DNA of 64,000 bases from an uncultured Bacteroidaceae bacterium (GCA_964637515.1 CAZWUI010000005.1:9416-73415); one strand, 5' to 3'; shown: positions 47,844-58,570, counted from the stretch's first letter. Notes: a model not told the origin generated them from the letters alone. Made by a program: numbers and translations.

Positions 47844-48595
47844 TAAAGGGCGATTACCATACCCATACAAATGCGAGCGACGGAAAGTGTCCGATGAAAG
47901 ACAACGTCAAACGTGCCGTCGAACTCGGTCTGAAAGAAGTCGCAATAACCGAACATAGTTTCGGCACTCTCCTTTGTCATTTAACCTACCCGAAATTCGA
48001 CTTTGAAAAGGTCAGTCAGGAGTTGAAAAACAGGGACGGAGATATTCGCGTGCTAGTCGGGGTGGAAGGCAATTTGTTGAATCCTAACGGAGATATGGAC
48101 GTGCCTGATAGCGTTGTTCCGCATTGCGATATATTGCAACTCGGCTTTCACCGGTTTTTGCAACCAAAGCACCTGAAAGGCAATTTGTCTTTCGTTTTCA
48201 TCAACGGATTTGCTCCGCGAAAGAAAAGAGAAACTCTCGTTGATGTGAACACGAATGCGTATTTGTCCGCCATGGACAGATACCCGATAGACGTGCTTGT
48301 GCATCTCAATCATCGCGCACTCGTGGACGTGGCGGTTGTTGCAAAAAAGGCAAAAGAGAAAAATATTTACGTCGAACTCAACGAGAAACACATTACAACT
48401 CTTGAAAAGGATATCGACGTGCTTATTGAGAGCGGTGTGAATTTCATAATCGGCTCGGACGCTCACGAAACCGCCAAAATCGGCAAGTTCGATAAGGTGA
48501 TGAAATTCGTTGAAAAACACGGCGTGCCTAAAGACAGAATATACGGCGTGGACAAATTGCCTACGTTCAAGGATAAATCGGACTACAAAAAATGA
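47840..48595 (+). CDS. PHP-domain metal-dependent phosphoesterase (HisJ/YcdX-like)
   Basis: MIKGDYHTHTNASDGK, ITEHS, GSDAHE motifs. ATGA overlap with murB. Confidence 0.75.
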   Translation: MIKGDYHTHTNASDGKCPMKDNVKRAVELGLKEVAITEHSFGTLLCHLTYPKFDFEKVSQELKNRDGDIRVLVGVEGNLLNPNGDMDVPDSVVPHCDILQLGFHRFLQPKHLKGNLSFVFINGFAPRKKRETLVDVNTNAYLSAMDRYPIDVLVHLNHRALVDVAVVAKKAKEKNIYVELNEKHITTLEKDIDVLIESGVNFIIGSDAHETAKIGKFDKVMKFVEKHGVPKDRIYGVDKLPTFKDKSDYKK

Positions 48596-49557
48596 GTAAA
48601 GAAAATTTTAGAGAAACTGCAATCAGAGAATTGACGACATCCGCAGTGCCTACGGGCAGGGCGGCTTGCGCTTTCATATCCGCCGTTGCAAAAAATGCGG
48701 GGTATATCCATATCAACGGCAAACGTAAAAACTTCGTAATAGCGGTGGACGGCTACGACGAAGCGCTTTATCTCGTGTCGGTGTTGAAGGAATTGTATCC
48801 GTCAGAATTTGAGATTTCCGCAGACGAAATCAAGTCGGGCTCGAAGAAGGGCGAAAGAGCGTTTACGGTTGCGGTGCAATCGGGGTACGTCACTCAACTT
48901 CTCGAAGATACGCACATCGCGGACGAGAATGAAGTGGACGGAATCGAAATCGAAGTTCCAAAAGAATTTGCAAGGGATTACAACCTCGGCAAAGCGTATC
49001 TCAAAGGATTGTTCCTTGCATGCGGAGGAGTGTACGTCCCTAGTATCTCTGATAGCGACGAGAAAAAAGACGGCTACCATTTTGAATATCGCATAGAAGA
49101 AGAGGACGGCGCAAAGAGTATTGCGGACTTGCTTGCGGGTTACGGTGTGCAAGCGAAAATCAGTGAAAGGGGTGCGGTGCATCTCGTCTACGTCAAGGAC
49201 AGGGAAAGCGTGTTGAAAATGCTCGGCGTGCTCGACCTCTACGACTGCCAAAGCAGACTGAACAAAATCATCGAAGAAAGAGAAACCGCAAACGCACTCA
49301 ACCGTGCGGTCATATGCGAAACGGCGAACCTTGACAAGACTTATGAGGCGTGCAACAAGCAACTGCTTGCAATCGGTGTCATCGAGGAAAGGGACGGACT
49401 TGATTCTCTCTCTGCAGTGCTATACGAAACGGCGCAAGCAAGGCTCGAATATCAAACGGCGACGCTCCAAGAGCTTGCGGACATTTTGGGTGTCAGCAAG
49501 AGTTGCCTGAACCATAGGCTTCGCAAACTCGTTGAGATTGCGGAAAGCGGTAATTGA
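48592..49557 (+). CDS. whiA: DNA-binding cell-division/sporulation regulator WhiA
   Basis: 321 aa with a LAGLIDADG-like core (KAYLKGLFLACGG) and a C-terminal HTH, LQELADILGVSKSCLNHRLRKL. Confidence 0.9.
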   Translation: MSKENFRETAIRELTTSAVPTGRAACAFISAVAKNAGYIHINGKRKNFVIAVDGYDEALYLVSVLKELYPSEFEISADEIKSGSKKGERAFTVAVQSGYVTQLLEDTHIADENEVDGIEIEVPKEFARDYNLGKAYLKGLFLACGGVYVPSISDSDEKKDGYHFEYRIEEEDGAKSIADLLAGYGVQAKISERGAVHLVYVKDRESVLKMLGVLDLYDCQSRLNKIIEERETANALNRAVICETANLDKTYEACNKQLLAIGVIEERDGLDSLSAVLYETAQARLEYQTATLQELADILGVSKSCLNHRLRKLVEIAESGN

Positions 49558-49623
49558 CACAAGCGACACTTTATTGTGCAAAAATAACGGTATAAAATAC
49601 GAATAACGACAGGGAAAAAGGAA

Positions 49624-52600
49624 ATGGGAAATTTTGTTCATCTTCATCTACACACCGAATACAGTTTGCTTGACGGCGCAGTCAGGCTCTCTCAACAGGT
49701 CGTAAATCCCGACGAGCCCGACAAGGTCACAACGACTTGTCCGCTCGCAGATGCCTTGAAGGCAAGGGGTATGGATTCGGTCGCAATCACCGACCACGGC
49801 AATATGTACGGCGTGCATATTTTCGTTTCGCAAATGAGAGCGAACGGCATAAAACCTATCATCGGCAGTGAGTTCTATGTCGCCGACGATATGTACCAGA
49901 AAACTTCCGAAGTCCTTTACAAAAATCGACATCTCATCCTGCTTGCAAAAAACGAAATCGGCTACAAAAATTTGATGTATTTGTCATCGAAGTCTTTTGT
50001 TGACGGTTTCTACACCAGACCAAGAATAGACTTGAAACTTATGGAAGGTCACACGGACGGACTTATTTGTTGCTCGGCGTGTCTTGCCGGACAAGTGCCG
50101 CAGTATCTCGTGCATAACGACTATCAAGGCGCGGTCGAATACGCAACGAAGATGAGAGATATGTTCGCCCCCGGCGACTACTATATCGAACTTCAAGACC
50201 ACGGTATCCCCGAAGAAAAGAAGATACTTCCGCAACTCTATAAACTTGCAAAAGAGATCGGCGTAAAAGTCATTGCGACGAACGACGTTCACTATATCGA
50301 ACGAGAGGATGCGGACGTGCAAGATACTATGGAATGTATCAACCTAGGTTGCAAAAAGACCGAAGTTAACGGCATACGTTTTGAGAGCGACAATTTCTAT
50401 CTTAAATCCGAAGAAGAGATGAGAGAGTTGTTTTCTTGGTGTCCCGAAGCAATCGACAACACGAAAGAAATCGCAGACAAAGTGTCCGACTATTTCGTTG
50501 CGGACACAAACCACGTTTTCTACATTCCGCATTACACCAACGACGAGATAGGGGACAGGACGACCGCTCAATATCTCCACGATCTTGCGTGGGAGAGAAT
50601 AAAGAATCGTTACGACGTCATCACCCCCGAAATCGAGCAGAGATTGGATTACGAACTCGGCGTCATCAACAAGTGCGGTTTCAACGACTATTTCCTTATC
50701 GTTTGGGACTACTGCAACGCCGCAAAGGAAATGGGTATTTCAGTAGGTCCCGGCAGAGGTAGCGGTGTCGGCAGTTTGGTTGCGTATTCAATCGGAATCA
50801 CAGACGTGGATCCCTTGCGCTACAAGCTCATTTTCGAGAGATTCTTGTCCGAAGAAAGAGTTACGATGCCCGACTTTGACGTGGACTTTTGTTTCGTGCG
50901 CCGTCCCGAAGTCATAGATTACGTCGTCAAAAAGTACGGTGCGGACAAGGTTTCGCAGATTATTGCGTACTCCACGATGAGTGCGAAAGCGGCGGTGAAA
51001 GACGTCGCGAGAGTTTACGACGTGCCTTACACCGAGTCGAATAACTGGGTGAAAGATATTCCCAACGGTAAATACTTGTTGCGACAGGTCCTGACTCCCG
51101 GCGCTGAAGGATATTCCGAGGATTTCAGAATGCTCTACGAAACCAATCCGCAGGCAAGAGAAGTCATCGACGTAGCTATCCGCCTCGAAGGTATGCCCCG
51201 ACAGACGTCAGAGCATGCGGCGGGTGTCGTTATTTGCAGTGAGCCGCTCCTTGACCACGTACCCCTTTCGAGAAATAAGGACGACATAGTCACGCAATTT
51301 GACAAACTCGTCGTCGAGCATATCGGACTTCTCAAAATGGACTTCCTTGGATTGAAGACTTTGACGGATATATCGGAAGCGTGTAAGTTTATCAAGGAAG
51401 ATAAGGGCGTGGACGTGGACTTCCATAAAATCGGCTACGAAGACCCCAAAATCTACGAGCTTATCGCGTCCGGGGACTGCGAAGCGGTATTCCAACTCGA
51501 AAGCGGTGGTATGAAGAAGTTTATGAGTCAACTCCAACCCACCAATATCGAAGACGTCATCGCAGGTATTTCCCTTTATCGTCCCGGTCCTATGCAGTTT
51601 ATCGACGATTTTATCAAGGGTAAACGCGAGCCCGATAAAGTGGTGTACGCTCACCCCTTGCTCAAAGAAGTGCTCGAAGTCACCTACGGTTGTATCGTTT
51701 ATCAAGAACAGGTCATGCAGATTGCGCAGAAAGTCGCGGGTTATTCGTTCGGCGGAGCGGACATTATGAGACGTGCTATCTCCAAGAAAAAACTTGCCGT
51801 TCTCGAAGCGCAAAAGGAAATCTTCTTGCACGGCGGTTACCTCGCGGACGATGCTACGCATAGATATATAATCGGCGCAGTCGCAAACGGTGTGAGTGAA
51901 GAAGTCGCAAGTGCGCTTTTCGATTCGATTTTGAAATTCGCAAGCTACGCATTCAACAAATCGCACGCGGCGGCATACACCTTCTTGACCTACCAAACTG
52001 CTTGGTTGAAGTGTTATTATCCGGTTCACTTTTTGGCGGCGGTCATCAACAACAGAATAACCAACGCCGAAGAAGTCACTCACTATATCAACTATCTCCG
52101 TCGTCAAGGCGTGAAGATTTTGGCCCCCGATATTAACCGCTCCAAACAACTTTTCTCAATCGAAGGGAACAACGTTCGTTACGGTCTTATGGGTGTGAAA
52201 AACGTCGGCGAAAACGCAATCGAATTTGTCATCAAAGAGCGTGAAAACGGTGAGTTCAAGGATCTCAAAGATTTCATCTCTCGTTGCACTGGACAGATCA
52301 ATAAACGTATGGTCGAAAACCTGATCAAAGGCGGTGCGTTCGATTGTTTCGGCAAGACTCGTTCCACTTTGATGGCGTCCTACGAGAGTATTATGAATCA
52401 GGTCGCAAATGACAGAAAAAGCAGTTTATCGGGTCAAATGTCACTGTTCGACGAGCTGATTGAGGATGTTGAGGTCAAATATACCGAACTTGCCGAATAC
52501 TCAAAACAACAGATTTTGTCCGAAGAAAAAGAGGTCCTCGGCATGTACGTCAGCGGCCATCCCCTCGACGATTACGTCGTCCGCAAAGGTGAGTTTAACT

Positions 52601-53190
52601 TCGATACCGGCATGCTCTACGTTGAGTCCGAAGAGGTCGGCGACGACGAGGACGAGAGCGAAAACGCAGGTATGGTCGTCGATAAAAACCTTGCGGGCAA
52701 ACCCGTTACTATGGGGTGTATCGTCGCATCTTACGAAAGGAAGGTTACTAAGACCGATCAAAGACGTTTCGCAGTCGGTAAACTCGAAGACAGAATGGGC
52801 GCGATTTCGTTCAGTATGTTCGCAAGAGCCTACGAACGTTACGGCAAACTTCTCGAAGGGGATGCACCCGTCAAAGTCTACGGCAAAATAGACTTGCGCG
52901 ACGAGTCCGATCCCAAAATCAACGTCGAGAAAATCGAGCCGTGGGAGAACGCCGCGACGAAGGACTCAGGCGGTGTGCTTTACGTGCTCATCAACAACGA
53001 CAACGAAATGAAACTCATCGCAGGTGTGCTTGCAATACATAAAGGCAACGTACCCGTGCAAGCGCAAGTCAAGAAAAACGGCAAATACTGCCTTATGGAA
53101 TTTCCGCAAAGGGCGGAGGTGACCGACGAACTCATCAGAAAACTGAAAAACATCGTCGGCGAAAACAACGTGAAATACGTAATGAAATGA
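49624..53190 (+). CDS. dnaE: DNA polymerase III alpha subunit
   Basis: 1188 aa. N-terminal PHP domain FVHLHLHTEYSLLDGA, palm PDFDVDF, GSGVGSLVAYSIGIT, and an OB-fold near the C-terminus. Confidence 0.95.
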   Translation: MGNFVHLHLHTEYSLLDGAVRLSQQVVNPDEPDKVTTTCPLADALKARGMDSVAITDHGNMYGVHIFVSQMRANGIKPIIGSEFYVADDMYQKTSEVLYKNRHLILLAKNEIGYKNLMYLSSKSFVDGFYTRPRIDLKLMEGHTDGLICCSACLAGQVPQYLVHNDYQGAVEYATKMRDMFAPGDYYIELQDHGIPEEKKILPQLYKLAKEIGVKVIATNDVHYIEREDADVQDTMECINLGCKKTEVNGIRFESDNFYLKSEEEMRELFSWCPEAIDNTKEIADKVSDYFVADTNHVFYIPHYTNDEIGDRTTAQYLHDLAWERIKNRYDVITPEIEQRLDYELGVINKCGFNDYFLIVWDYCNAAKEMGISVGPGRGSGVGSLVAYSIGITDVDPLRYKLIFERFLSEERVTMPDFDVDFCFVRRPEVIDYVVKKYGADKVSQIIAYSTMSAKAAVKDVARVYDVPYTESNNWVKDIPNGKYLLRQVLTPGAEGYSEDFRMLYETNPQAREVIDVAIRLEGMPRQTSEHAAGVVICSEPLLDHVPLSRNKDDIVTQFDKLVVEHIGLLKMDFLGLKTLTDISEACKFIKEDKGVDVDFHKIGYEDPKIYELIASGDCEAVFQLESGGMKKFMSQLQPTNIEDVIAGISLYRPGPMQFIDDFIKGKREPDKVVYAHPLLKEVLEVTYGCIVYQEQVMQIAQKVAGYSFGGADIMRRAISKKKLAVLEAQKEIFLHGGYLADDATHRYIIGAVANGVSEEVASALFDSILKFASYAFNKSHAAAYTFLTYQTAWLKCYYPVHFLAAVINNRITNAEEVTHYINYLRRQGVKILAPDINRSKQLFSIEGNNVRYGLMGVKNVGENAIEFVIKERENGEFKDLKDFISRCTGQINKRMVENLIKGGAFDCFGKTRSTLMASYESIMNQVANDRKSSLSGQMSLFDELIEDVEVKYTELAEYSKQQILSEEKEVLGMYVSGHPLDDYVVRKGEFNFDTGMLYVESEEVGDDEDESENAGMVVDKNLAGKPVTMGCIVASYERKVTKTDQRRFAVGKLEDRMGAISFSMFARAYERYGKLLEGDAPVKVYGKIDLRDESDPKINVEKIEPWENAATKDSGGVLYVLINNDNEMKLIAGVLAIHKGNVPVQAQVKKNGKYCLMEFPQRAEVTDELIRKLKNIVGENNVKYVMK

Positions 53191-53192
53191 TG

Positions 53193-53220
53193 AAAAAGCA
53201 CTCCGAGCGGAGTGCTTTTT
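53193..53220 (+). terminator. dnaE intrinsic terminator
   Basis: AAAAAGCACTCC-GAGC-GGAGTGCTTTTT, 3 nt after the stop. Confidence 0.85.
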
Positions 53221-53318
53221 CAATGATATACTTGCGAGTATAGCTTTCTATAAAAGAGAAAAAGCAGTTTATTTACACAGTCTTTACAAGTTTATTTAAT
53301 AATTTTAGAAATTCATTG

Positions 53319-53347
53319 TTGATTTATACGCGTGCGTGTGTTAGAAT
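53319..53347 (+). promoter_or_regulatory. pfkA promoter
   Basis: TTGATT (53319-53324), a 17-nt spacer, then TAGAAT (53342-53347) preceded by TGT. Confidence 0.6.
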
Positions 53348-53377
53348 GTTTAACAGTGAACATTTTTGAGGTGTATT

Positions 53378-54355
53378 ATGGCACAAAAAGAAAAGAAAAT
53401 AGCAATCCTTACTAGCGGTGGTGATTCCTCCGGAATGAATGCGGGTATCCGCGCCGCCGTCAGATACGCTCTTTCCAAGGGCTACACGGTTTACGGTGTT
53501 CGCCACGGCTACGTAGGTCTTGTGAACGACGATATATTCGAGATGCAATATAGCAGTGTTTCAAACTGCGTTCATACCGGCGGTACCATTCTCCGCACGG
53601 GTAGAAGCGGTGATTTCAAAGATCCCGAAGTGCTCAAAGCCGCTGCGAACAATCTTCTCAAACGCGGTTGTGATTCCCTTATCGTCATTGGTGGCGACGG
53701 TTCTTTCCGCGGTTTGCGCGACTTGCACAAGATGACGGATTTGAGAGTCATCGGAATCCCCGGCACTATCGACAACGATATGGGTTACACGGACTACACG
53801 ATCGGTTTCGACACCGCTTGCAACACCGTTCTCGATGCGATTTTGAAACTCCGTGACACCATCACTTCTCACGACAGAATAATGGTCCTCGAAGTTATGG
53901 GACGTCATTGCGGCGACATCGCTCTCTACACTTCTCTCGCAGGCGGAGCGGAATACGTCATTCTTCCCGAAGCACCCGTGGACGTGGACGCTATCGCAAA
54001 GAGCGTCAAGGAAGGCTTTGAAAAAGGCAAGACTTCCACTATCATCGTCCTTGCGGAAGGCAGAAACGACATCAAAGACGAACTTATGAAGAAAGTCGGC
54101 GAAGCGACCGGCAAAACCATCAACCATATCGCACTCAGCTATATCCAAAGAGGCGGTATTCCTACGATGAGCGACAGAGTGCTTGCATCCCGTCTTGCAG
54201 TCAGAGCGGTTGACCTCATCGACGACGGACAAAGCGGTAGAGTGGTCGGCATTCGCGGCGGAAACCTCATTGATATGACCGTCAGCGAAGCACTCAACAC
54301 CCCCAAAACCTTCAACGAGCAGATATACAATATCTCGACTCTCATCAGCAAATAA
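53378..54355 (+). CDS. pfkA: ATP-dependent 6-phosphofructokinase
   Basis: Start MAQKEKKIAILTSGGDSSGMNA (RBS GAGGTG). GGDGSFRG and IPGTIDND (the Gly/Gly pair diagnostic of ATP use). Confidence 0.9.
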   Translation: MAQKEKKIAILTSGGDSSGMNAGIRAAVRYALSKGYTVYGVRHGYVGLVNDDIFEMQYSSVSNCVHTGGTILRTGRSGDFKDPEVLKAAANNLLKRGCDSLIVIGGDGSFRGLRDLHKMTDLRVIGIPGTIDNDMGYTDYTIGFDTACNTVLDAILKLRDTITSHDRIMVLEVMGRHCGDIALYTSLAGGAEYVILPEAPVDVDAIAKSVKEGFEKGKTSTIIVLAEGRNDIKDELMKKVGEATGKTINHIALSYIQRGGIPTMSDRVLASRLAVRAVDLIDDGQSGRVVGIRGGNLIDMTVSEALNTPKTFNEQIYNISTLISK

Positions 54356-54385
54356 TAAACACGCAGTATAATTTAGGAGATTCAT

Positions 54386-55630
54386 ATGAAAAATTTGGTT
54401 GGAGCATGTATGTTCGGACAAAGCGGCGGTCCTACCTCCGTCATCAACAGTAGCGCGGCAGGCGTATTCACCGAGGCTTTGAGACAAGGCAATATCACCG
54501 CGGTTTATGGTGCGGAACACGGCATCGTCGGCATTCTCAACGAGAAATTCTACGATATGGGCAAAGAAGACCCCAGAGAAATCGAACTTCTCAAATACAC
54601 TCCGTCGAGCGCACTCGGCTCTGCGAGATACAAACTCAAAGATGCGGCGGTTGACGACACCGATTATAAACGCATTCTCGAAGTGTTCAGCAAATATAAT
54701 ATCCGCTACTTCTTCTACAACGGCGGAAACGACAGTATGGACACTTGCAACAAGATAAGCAAATATTTGCAATCCGTCGGTTACGACTGCAACGTCATCG
54801 GCGTGCCTAAAACTATCGACAACGACCTTTACGGCACCGACCATTGCCCCGGCTATGCAAGTGCGGCAAAATATATCGCAACCACCGTCATGGAATGCAA
54901 TCTCGACGCGAAAGTCTACAACTTCGGTCTAGTTTGCGTCATCGAAGCGATGGGCAGAAATGCAGGTTGGCTCACTGCAGCGGCGGAACTTGCAAATTAC
55001 AAAGGACTCGGCGCTGACCTTATCTATCTTCCCGAAGTCCCCTTTGACGTCAAACAATTCGTCGAAGACGTCAGAGAAGTTTGCGCAAAGAACAATAACA
55101 AATGTATCGTTGTCGTTTCCGAAGGCATCAAGGACAAAGACGGCAACTATGTTTCCGAAAGCAAAGTCGGTGCAAACGATTTGTTCGGTCATGCGGAACT
55201 CGGCGGTCTTGCCGCAAAACTTGCGGGACTCATCAAGAAAGAACTCGGCGTGAAAGTCCGTCCTATCGAACTCAGTCTTATGCAACGTTGCGGAGCACAC
55301 CTTGCAAGCAAAGTTGACGTCGAAGAAGCGTTTGAAGCAGGTGCGTTCGCAGTCAGAAGCGCAGTCGCGGGCGAAACGGACAAAATGGTCATCTTTGAAA
55401 GAGATTATTCCAGCGAAGAATATTCTTGCAAACCCGTCCTTATGCCCCTCGAACTTGCCGCCAACACCGAAAAAACCGTCCCTCTCAATTGGATAACCAA
55501 CGACGGTAAGGGCGTCAGTGAAGAATACGTCAAGTATGCGCTCCCGCTCATCCAAGGAGATGCAAAAGCACCGCTCGAAGACGGTTTGCCGAGATTCTCT
55601 CAACTCAAAAAAGTTTACGCACAAAAATAA
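54386..55630 (+). CDS. pfp: Pyrophosphate-dependent phosphofructokinase (PPi-PFK, short type)
   Basis: 414 aa with GQSGGPTSVINSS, NGGNDSMDT and VPKTIDNDL (the Asp/Lys pair diagnostic of PPi use). Confidence 0.8.
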   Translation: MKNLVGACMFGQSGGPTSVINSSAAGVFTEALRQGNITAVYGAEHGIVGILNEKFYDMGKEDPREIELLKYTPSSALGSARYKLKDAAVDDTDYKRILEVFSKYNIRYFFYNGGNDSMDTCNKISKYLQSVGYDCNVIGVPKTIDNDLYGTDHCPGYASAAKYIATTVMECNLDAKVYNFGLVCVIEAMGRNAGWLTAAAELANYKGLGADLIYLPEVPFDVKQFVEDVREVCAKNNNKCIVVVSEGIKDKDGNYVSESKVGANDLFGHAELGGLAAKLAGLIKKELGVKVRPIELSLMQRCGAHLASKVDVEEAFEAGAFAVRSAVAGETDKMVIFERDYSSEEYSCKPVLMPLELAANTEKTVPLNWITNDGKGVSEEYVKYALPLIQGDAKAPLEDGLPRFSQLKKVYAQK

Positions 55631-55636
55631 GTGGTG

Positions 55637-55666
55637 AAATACGGCTATGTGCCGTATTTTGCTTTG
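55637..55666 (+). terminator. Probable terminator after pfp
   Basis: AAATACGGC-TATGT-GCCGTATTT followed by TGCTTT. The T-tract is interrupted and the RBS of the next gene follows immediately. Confidence 0.45.
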
Positions 55667-55674
55667 GAGGAAAT

Positions 55675-56823
55675 ATGGAAAGAAAGTATGCGACTGAAGA
55701 ACATTACGTCTATTGGAACGACCATATCGCTAATTCAAAGAAGTATAAGCAGGTTTTGAAATCGGGAACCCCCGACGAAATCAAGAAAATCAAAGAATGG
55801 AAAGCGAACGATAAGGCTCAATGCAAAGCGTTCAGAAAAAAATTCGGTATGTTCCGCTATCCGCTTATGGCAGATATTTTCGATATCGCCGAAGAAAGCA
55901 GATCGCTCCCTAACTCCAAAACCGCTTTCAACAAAGAAATCAAAATCGTCAGGGACGTCGTCTACAAGGAAATCGACGGACAACAACTTGTCATGGATAT
56001 ATATCTTCCGTCCGTCACCGTAGGGGAGAAAAACCCCGTTGTCGTGGACGTGCCGGGTGGCGGTTGGGTTATTCACAATCGTCCGCGCCGTGACGGATAT
56101 GCAAGACTGTTTGCCGCAATGGGCGCAGTCGTGTGCGTTATCGACCATAGACTCGCCCCGGAGGTTTTCTTCCCCGAAAATTTGAAGGACGTCATCGACG
56201 CACTCAACTTCCTTGAAACTATAAAGGACGAATTCAACCTTGACTTGAACGACGTGACAATCACCGGCGACAGCTCGGGCGGACATCTTTCCGCTTGCGC
56301 AGGTTGTGCATCGTCGGTCCCCGAATACGGCAAGAAACTCGGCCTTCCCGAAATGAAAGTCAAGATCAAAAGATGCATTTTCATATCCGGTGCGTTCAGT
56401 TTTGAAACCATGTACAGAATCCCTTGCACGCACACCCTTATGGTCAGATATTTCAGCGGTAGAAAGTCGAGAAAAGAATTTAGAAGTTGGGAGTTTTATA
56501 AGGAATCCATTCCGTATAACTATCTCACCAAAGAGTTTCCCGAATCCTACAACAACGGTGGCGGACTCGATCTTTTGTGCCTTGGCGAAGCGAAACGTAT
56601 GGCGAAGAAACTCACTGCGGCGGGTGTTCAAAACGAATACAAAGTCGGGAAGAATATTCTCAACAATATGCACTGCTACGTGTTGCGCACACCCTTTGCA
56701 CCCGCACGTCACGATATGACCTTGCTTATGGATTGGTATCGTCGCTCGGAAGAAAAAGCGGGCGTTGATATGAGTGCGAATTTCGAGAGAGTGAAAAAAT
56801 CTCTCGAACACAAAAGCAAATGA
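55675..56823 (+). CDS. Alpha/beta hydrolase, hormone-sensitive-lipase-like esterase
   Basis: Oxyanion motif VPGGGWV and nucleophile elbow GDSSGG. 382 aa. Confidence 0.75.
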   Translation: MERKYATEEHYVYWNDHIANSKKYKQVLKSGTPDEIKKIKEWKANDKAQCKAFRKKFGMFRYPLMADIFDIAEESRSLPNSKTAFNKEIKIVRDVVYKEIDGQQLVMDIYLPSVTVGEKNPVVVDVPGGGWVIHNRPRRDGYARLFAAMGAVVCVIDHRLAPEVFFPENLKDVIDALNFLETIKDEFNLDLNDVTITGDSSGGHLSACAGCASSVPEYGKKLGLPEMKVKIKRCIFISGAFSFETMYRIPCTHTLMVRYFSGRKSRKEFRSWEFYKESIPYNYLTKEFPESYNNGGGLDLLCLGEAKRMAKKLTAAGVQNEYKVGKNILNNMHCYVLRTPFAPARHDMTLLMDWYRRSEEKAGVDMSANFERVKKSLEHKSK

Positions 56824-58166
56824 TTGATCTTCTTGTCGGAGATATAATCGAATGCGAGGTCGTTGACCTCGGAATAGAAGGAGAAGGCGTCGTAAAATAC
56901 GGCGCATTTCCTATTTTCGTACCCTTTGCACTCCCAGGAGAAAAGGTAAGAGTCAGACTCAACTACGTGAAGAAAGACGTTGCGTTTGGTGACTTAATCG
57001 AGGTTTTATCACCGTCAAACGAGCGTGTAAAACCCCGTTGTTGCTATTTCGGCAAGTGCGGCGGTTGCGACTTGCAACATATGTCCCACGCTCTCCAGAT
57101 GCAAACTAAACGTCAGTTTGTCGAAAGAAGTCTATCTCGAAACGGCGGTATTGAGTTCCCCGTCCCACCTGTCAAGTCTTTGAACGAGTGGGGGTATAGG
57201 AACAAACTTTCTCTTCCCTTTGGAGTGAACGGCGAAAAGAAAATCGTGCTAGGGTTTTTCGAAAAGCGCACGCACAAAGTCGTGTCCCTCAAGCACTGCG
57301 CTTTGAACGGCGATAGCGCAGCAACTCTCATTTCAGTCGTCACCGACTGGGCAAACGAACACGGTTTGTCCGTCTATGACGAGAAAACGGGAAAAGGTCT
57401 TCTTCGTCATCTCGTCGCAAGAATGACGAACTTTTTGTCTGCGGTCGTCGTGATAAACGGTGATGATTTGCCCTATGCGAGCGACCTTGCAAAAAGACTC
57501 GAAGACGCTTTCCAAAATTTTGCGCTCTACGTGTCCGTGAATAAAAAAAATACGAACGTCATCATGACGGACGGAGTAACGCTGATTGCAGGACAAGAGA
57601 AAGAACAAAATCTCGGCGCATTCAACGCAAAGGTTTCACCGTGCAGTTTTTTGCAAGTCAACGACGAAATCAGAGATGCAATTTACGACGACGTCGCAAG
57701 CACCCTTTCTGACTTCGACGGAGATATAGTCGAACTTTATTCGGGTGTCGGAATCTTGACCGCTCAACTCGCAGTCAGATTGAAAGATGCAAAAATCACG
57801 TCCGTCGAAATTGTTCCCGAAGCGGTCGAAGATGCAAAAAATCTTATGGAAAAACTCGGCGTGGACGATAGGGTAACTTGCATACTCGGTGATGCAGGGG
57901 AGTTTATGAAATCCCATTCCGAAAAGGCGGAAAAGCGTGCTATTGTGCTCGATCCGCCGAGAAAAGGTTGCTCACAAGACACCATTGACGGAATTATATC
58001 CGCAGGGTTTGAACTCATTGCCTACGTGTCTTGCAACCCCGCAACTCTTGCGAGGGATATAAAACGCTTGACCGAAAACGGATATGTCTTGAAATCTGTT
58101 CAACCCTATGATATGTTTCCGCAAACTTCAAACGTTGAATCTGTCGCTTGTCTCACGAGAAAATAA
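56820..58166 (+). CDS. rlmD: 23S rRNA (uracil-C5)-methyltransferase, RlmD/RumA family
   Basis: N-terminal TRAM-like domain, Fe-S Cys cluster CCYFGKCGGCDLQH, SAM site ELYSGVGIL, and the catalytic Cys region YVSCNPATLARD. ATGA overlap with the esterase gene. Confidence 0.85.
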   Translation: MIDLLVGDIIECEVVDLGIEGEGVVKYGAFPIFVPFALPGEKVRVRLNYVKKDVAFGDLIEVLSPSNERVKPRCCYFGKCGGCDLQHMSHALQMQTKRQFVERSLSRNGGIEFPVPPVKSLNEWGYRNKLSLPFGVNGEKKIVLGFFEKRTHKVVSLKHCALNGDSAATLISVVTDWANEHGLSVYDEKTGKGLLRHLVARMTNFLSAVVVINGDDLPYASDLAKRLEDAFQNFALYVSVNKKNTNVIMTDGVTLIAGQEKEQNLGAFNAKVSPCSFLQVNDEIRDAIYDDVASTLSDFDGDIVELYSGVGILTAQLAVRLKDAKITSVEIVPEAVEDAKNLMEKLGVDDRVTCILGDAGEFMKSHSEKAEKRAIVLDPPRKGCSQDTIDGIISAGFELIAYVSCNPATLARDIKRLTENGYVLKSVQPYDMFPQTSNVESVACLTRK

Positions 58167-58541
58167 GTTAAAATCGGTTTGAAACAGACAAAATGCATTT
58201 TTTTGAGTGGATTCTCGATTAATAATTCAAAAAGTAGTGTTCAAATACAAAAAGCACCTCATTTTTGAGATGGGACAAATTATGATTTCGAGCGAAACTC
58301 AAAAATGCGGTTTACAGTTGTTTAGTTACGTGTCGAAAAAAAATACGATTGGGAGAATGAAATAGTGAAAGCGTTTAGAGATAAAGGCTCTGAACGTAGT
58401 ATTGTGAATACAGGGGATGAATATTTAGTGCTACCGACAATTGTTGCGGAATGTTAAATCGGAATTTTGGCACGTGCGATACGATTTGTTGTACGAGGGT
58501 TTTGACTGTTGATTGTAATTTTTTTGTGTGCGTATTTTATG

Positions 58542-58570
58542 TTGAACTATTCAAATGAATTTGCTATAAT
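58542..58570 (+). promoter_or_regulatory. Near-consensus promoter of the 529-aa orphan gene
   Basis: TTGAAC (58542-58547), a 17-nt spacer, then TATAAT (58565-58570). Followed by AAGGAGG (58585-58591) and ATG 58600. Confidence 0.6.

Noticed and set aside
53561-54844. 427-codon minus-strand ORF over pfkA and pfp.
   Set aside because: Co-phased shadow of two clearly identifiable PFK genes, with no motifs.
55735-56907. 390-codon minus-strand ORF over the esterase gene.
   Set aside because: Co-phased shadow. The sense strand has alpha/beta-hydrolase motifs (GGGW, GDSSGG).
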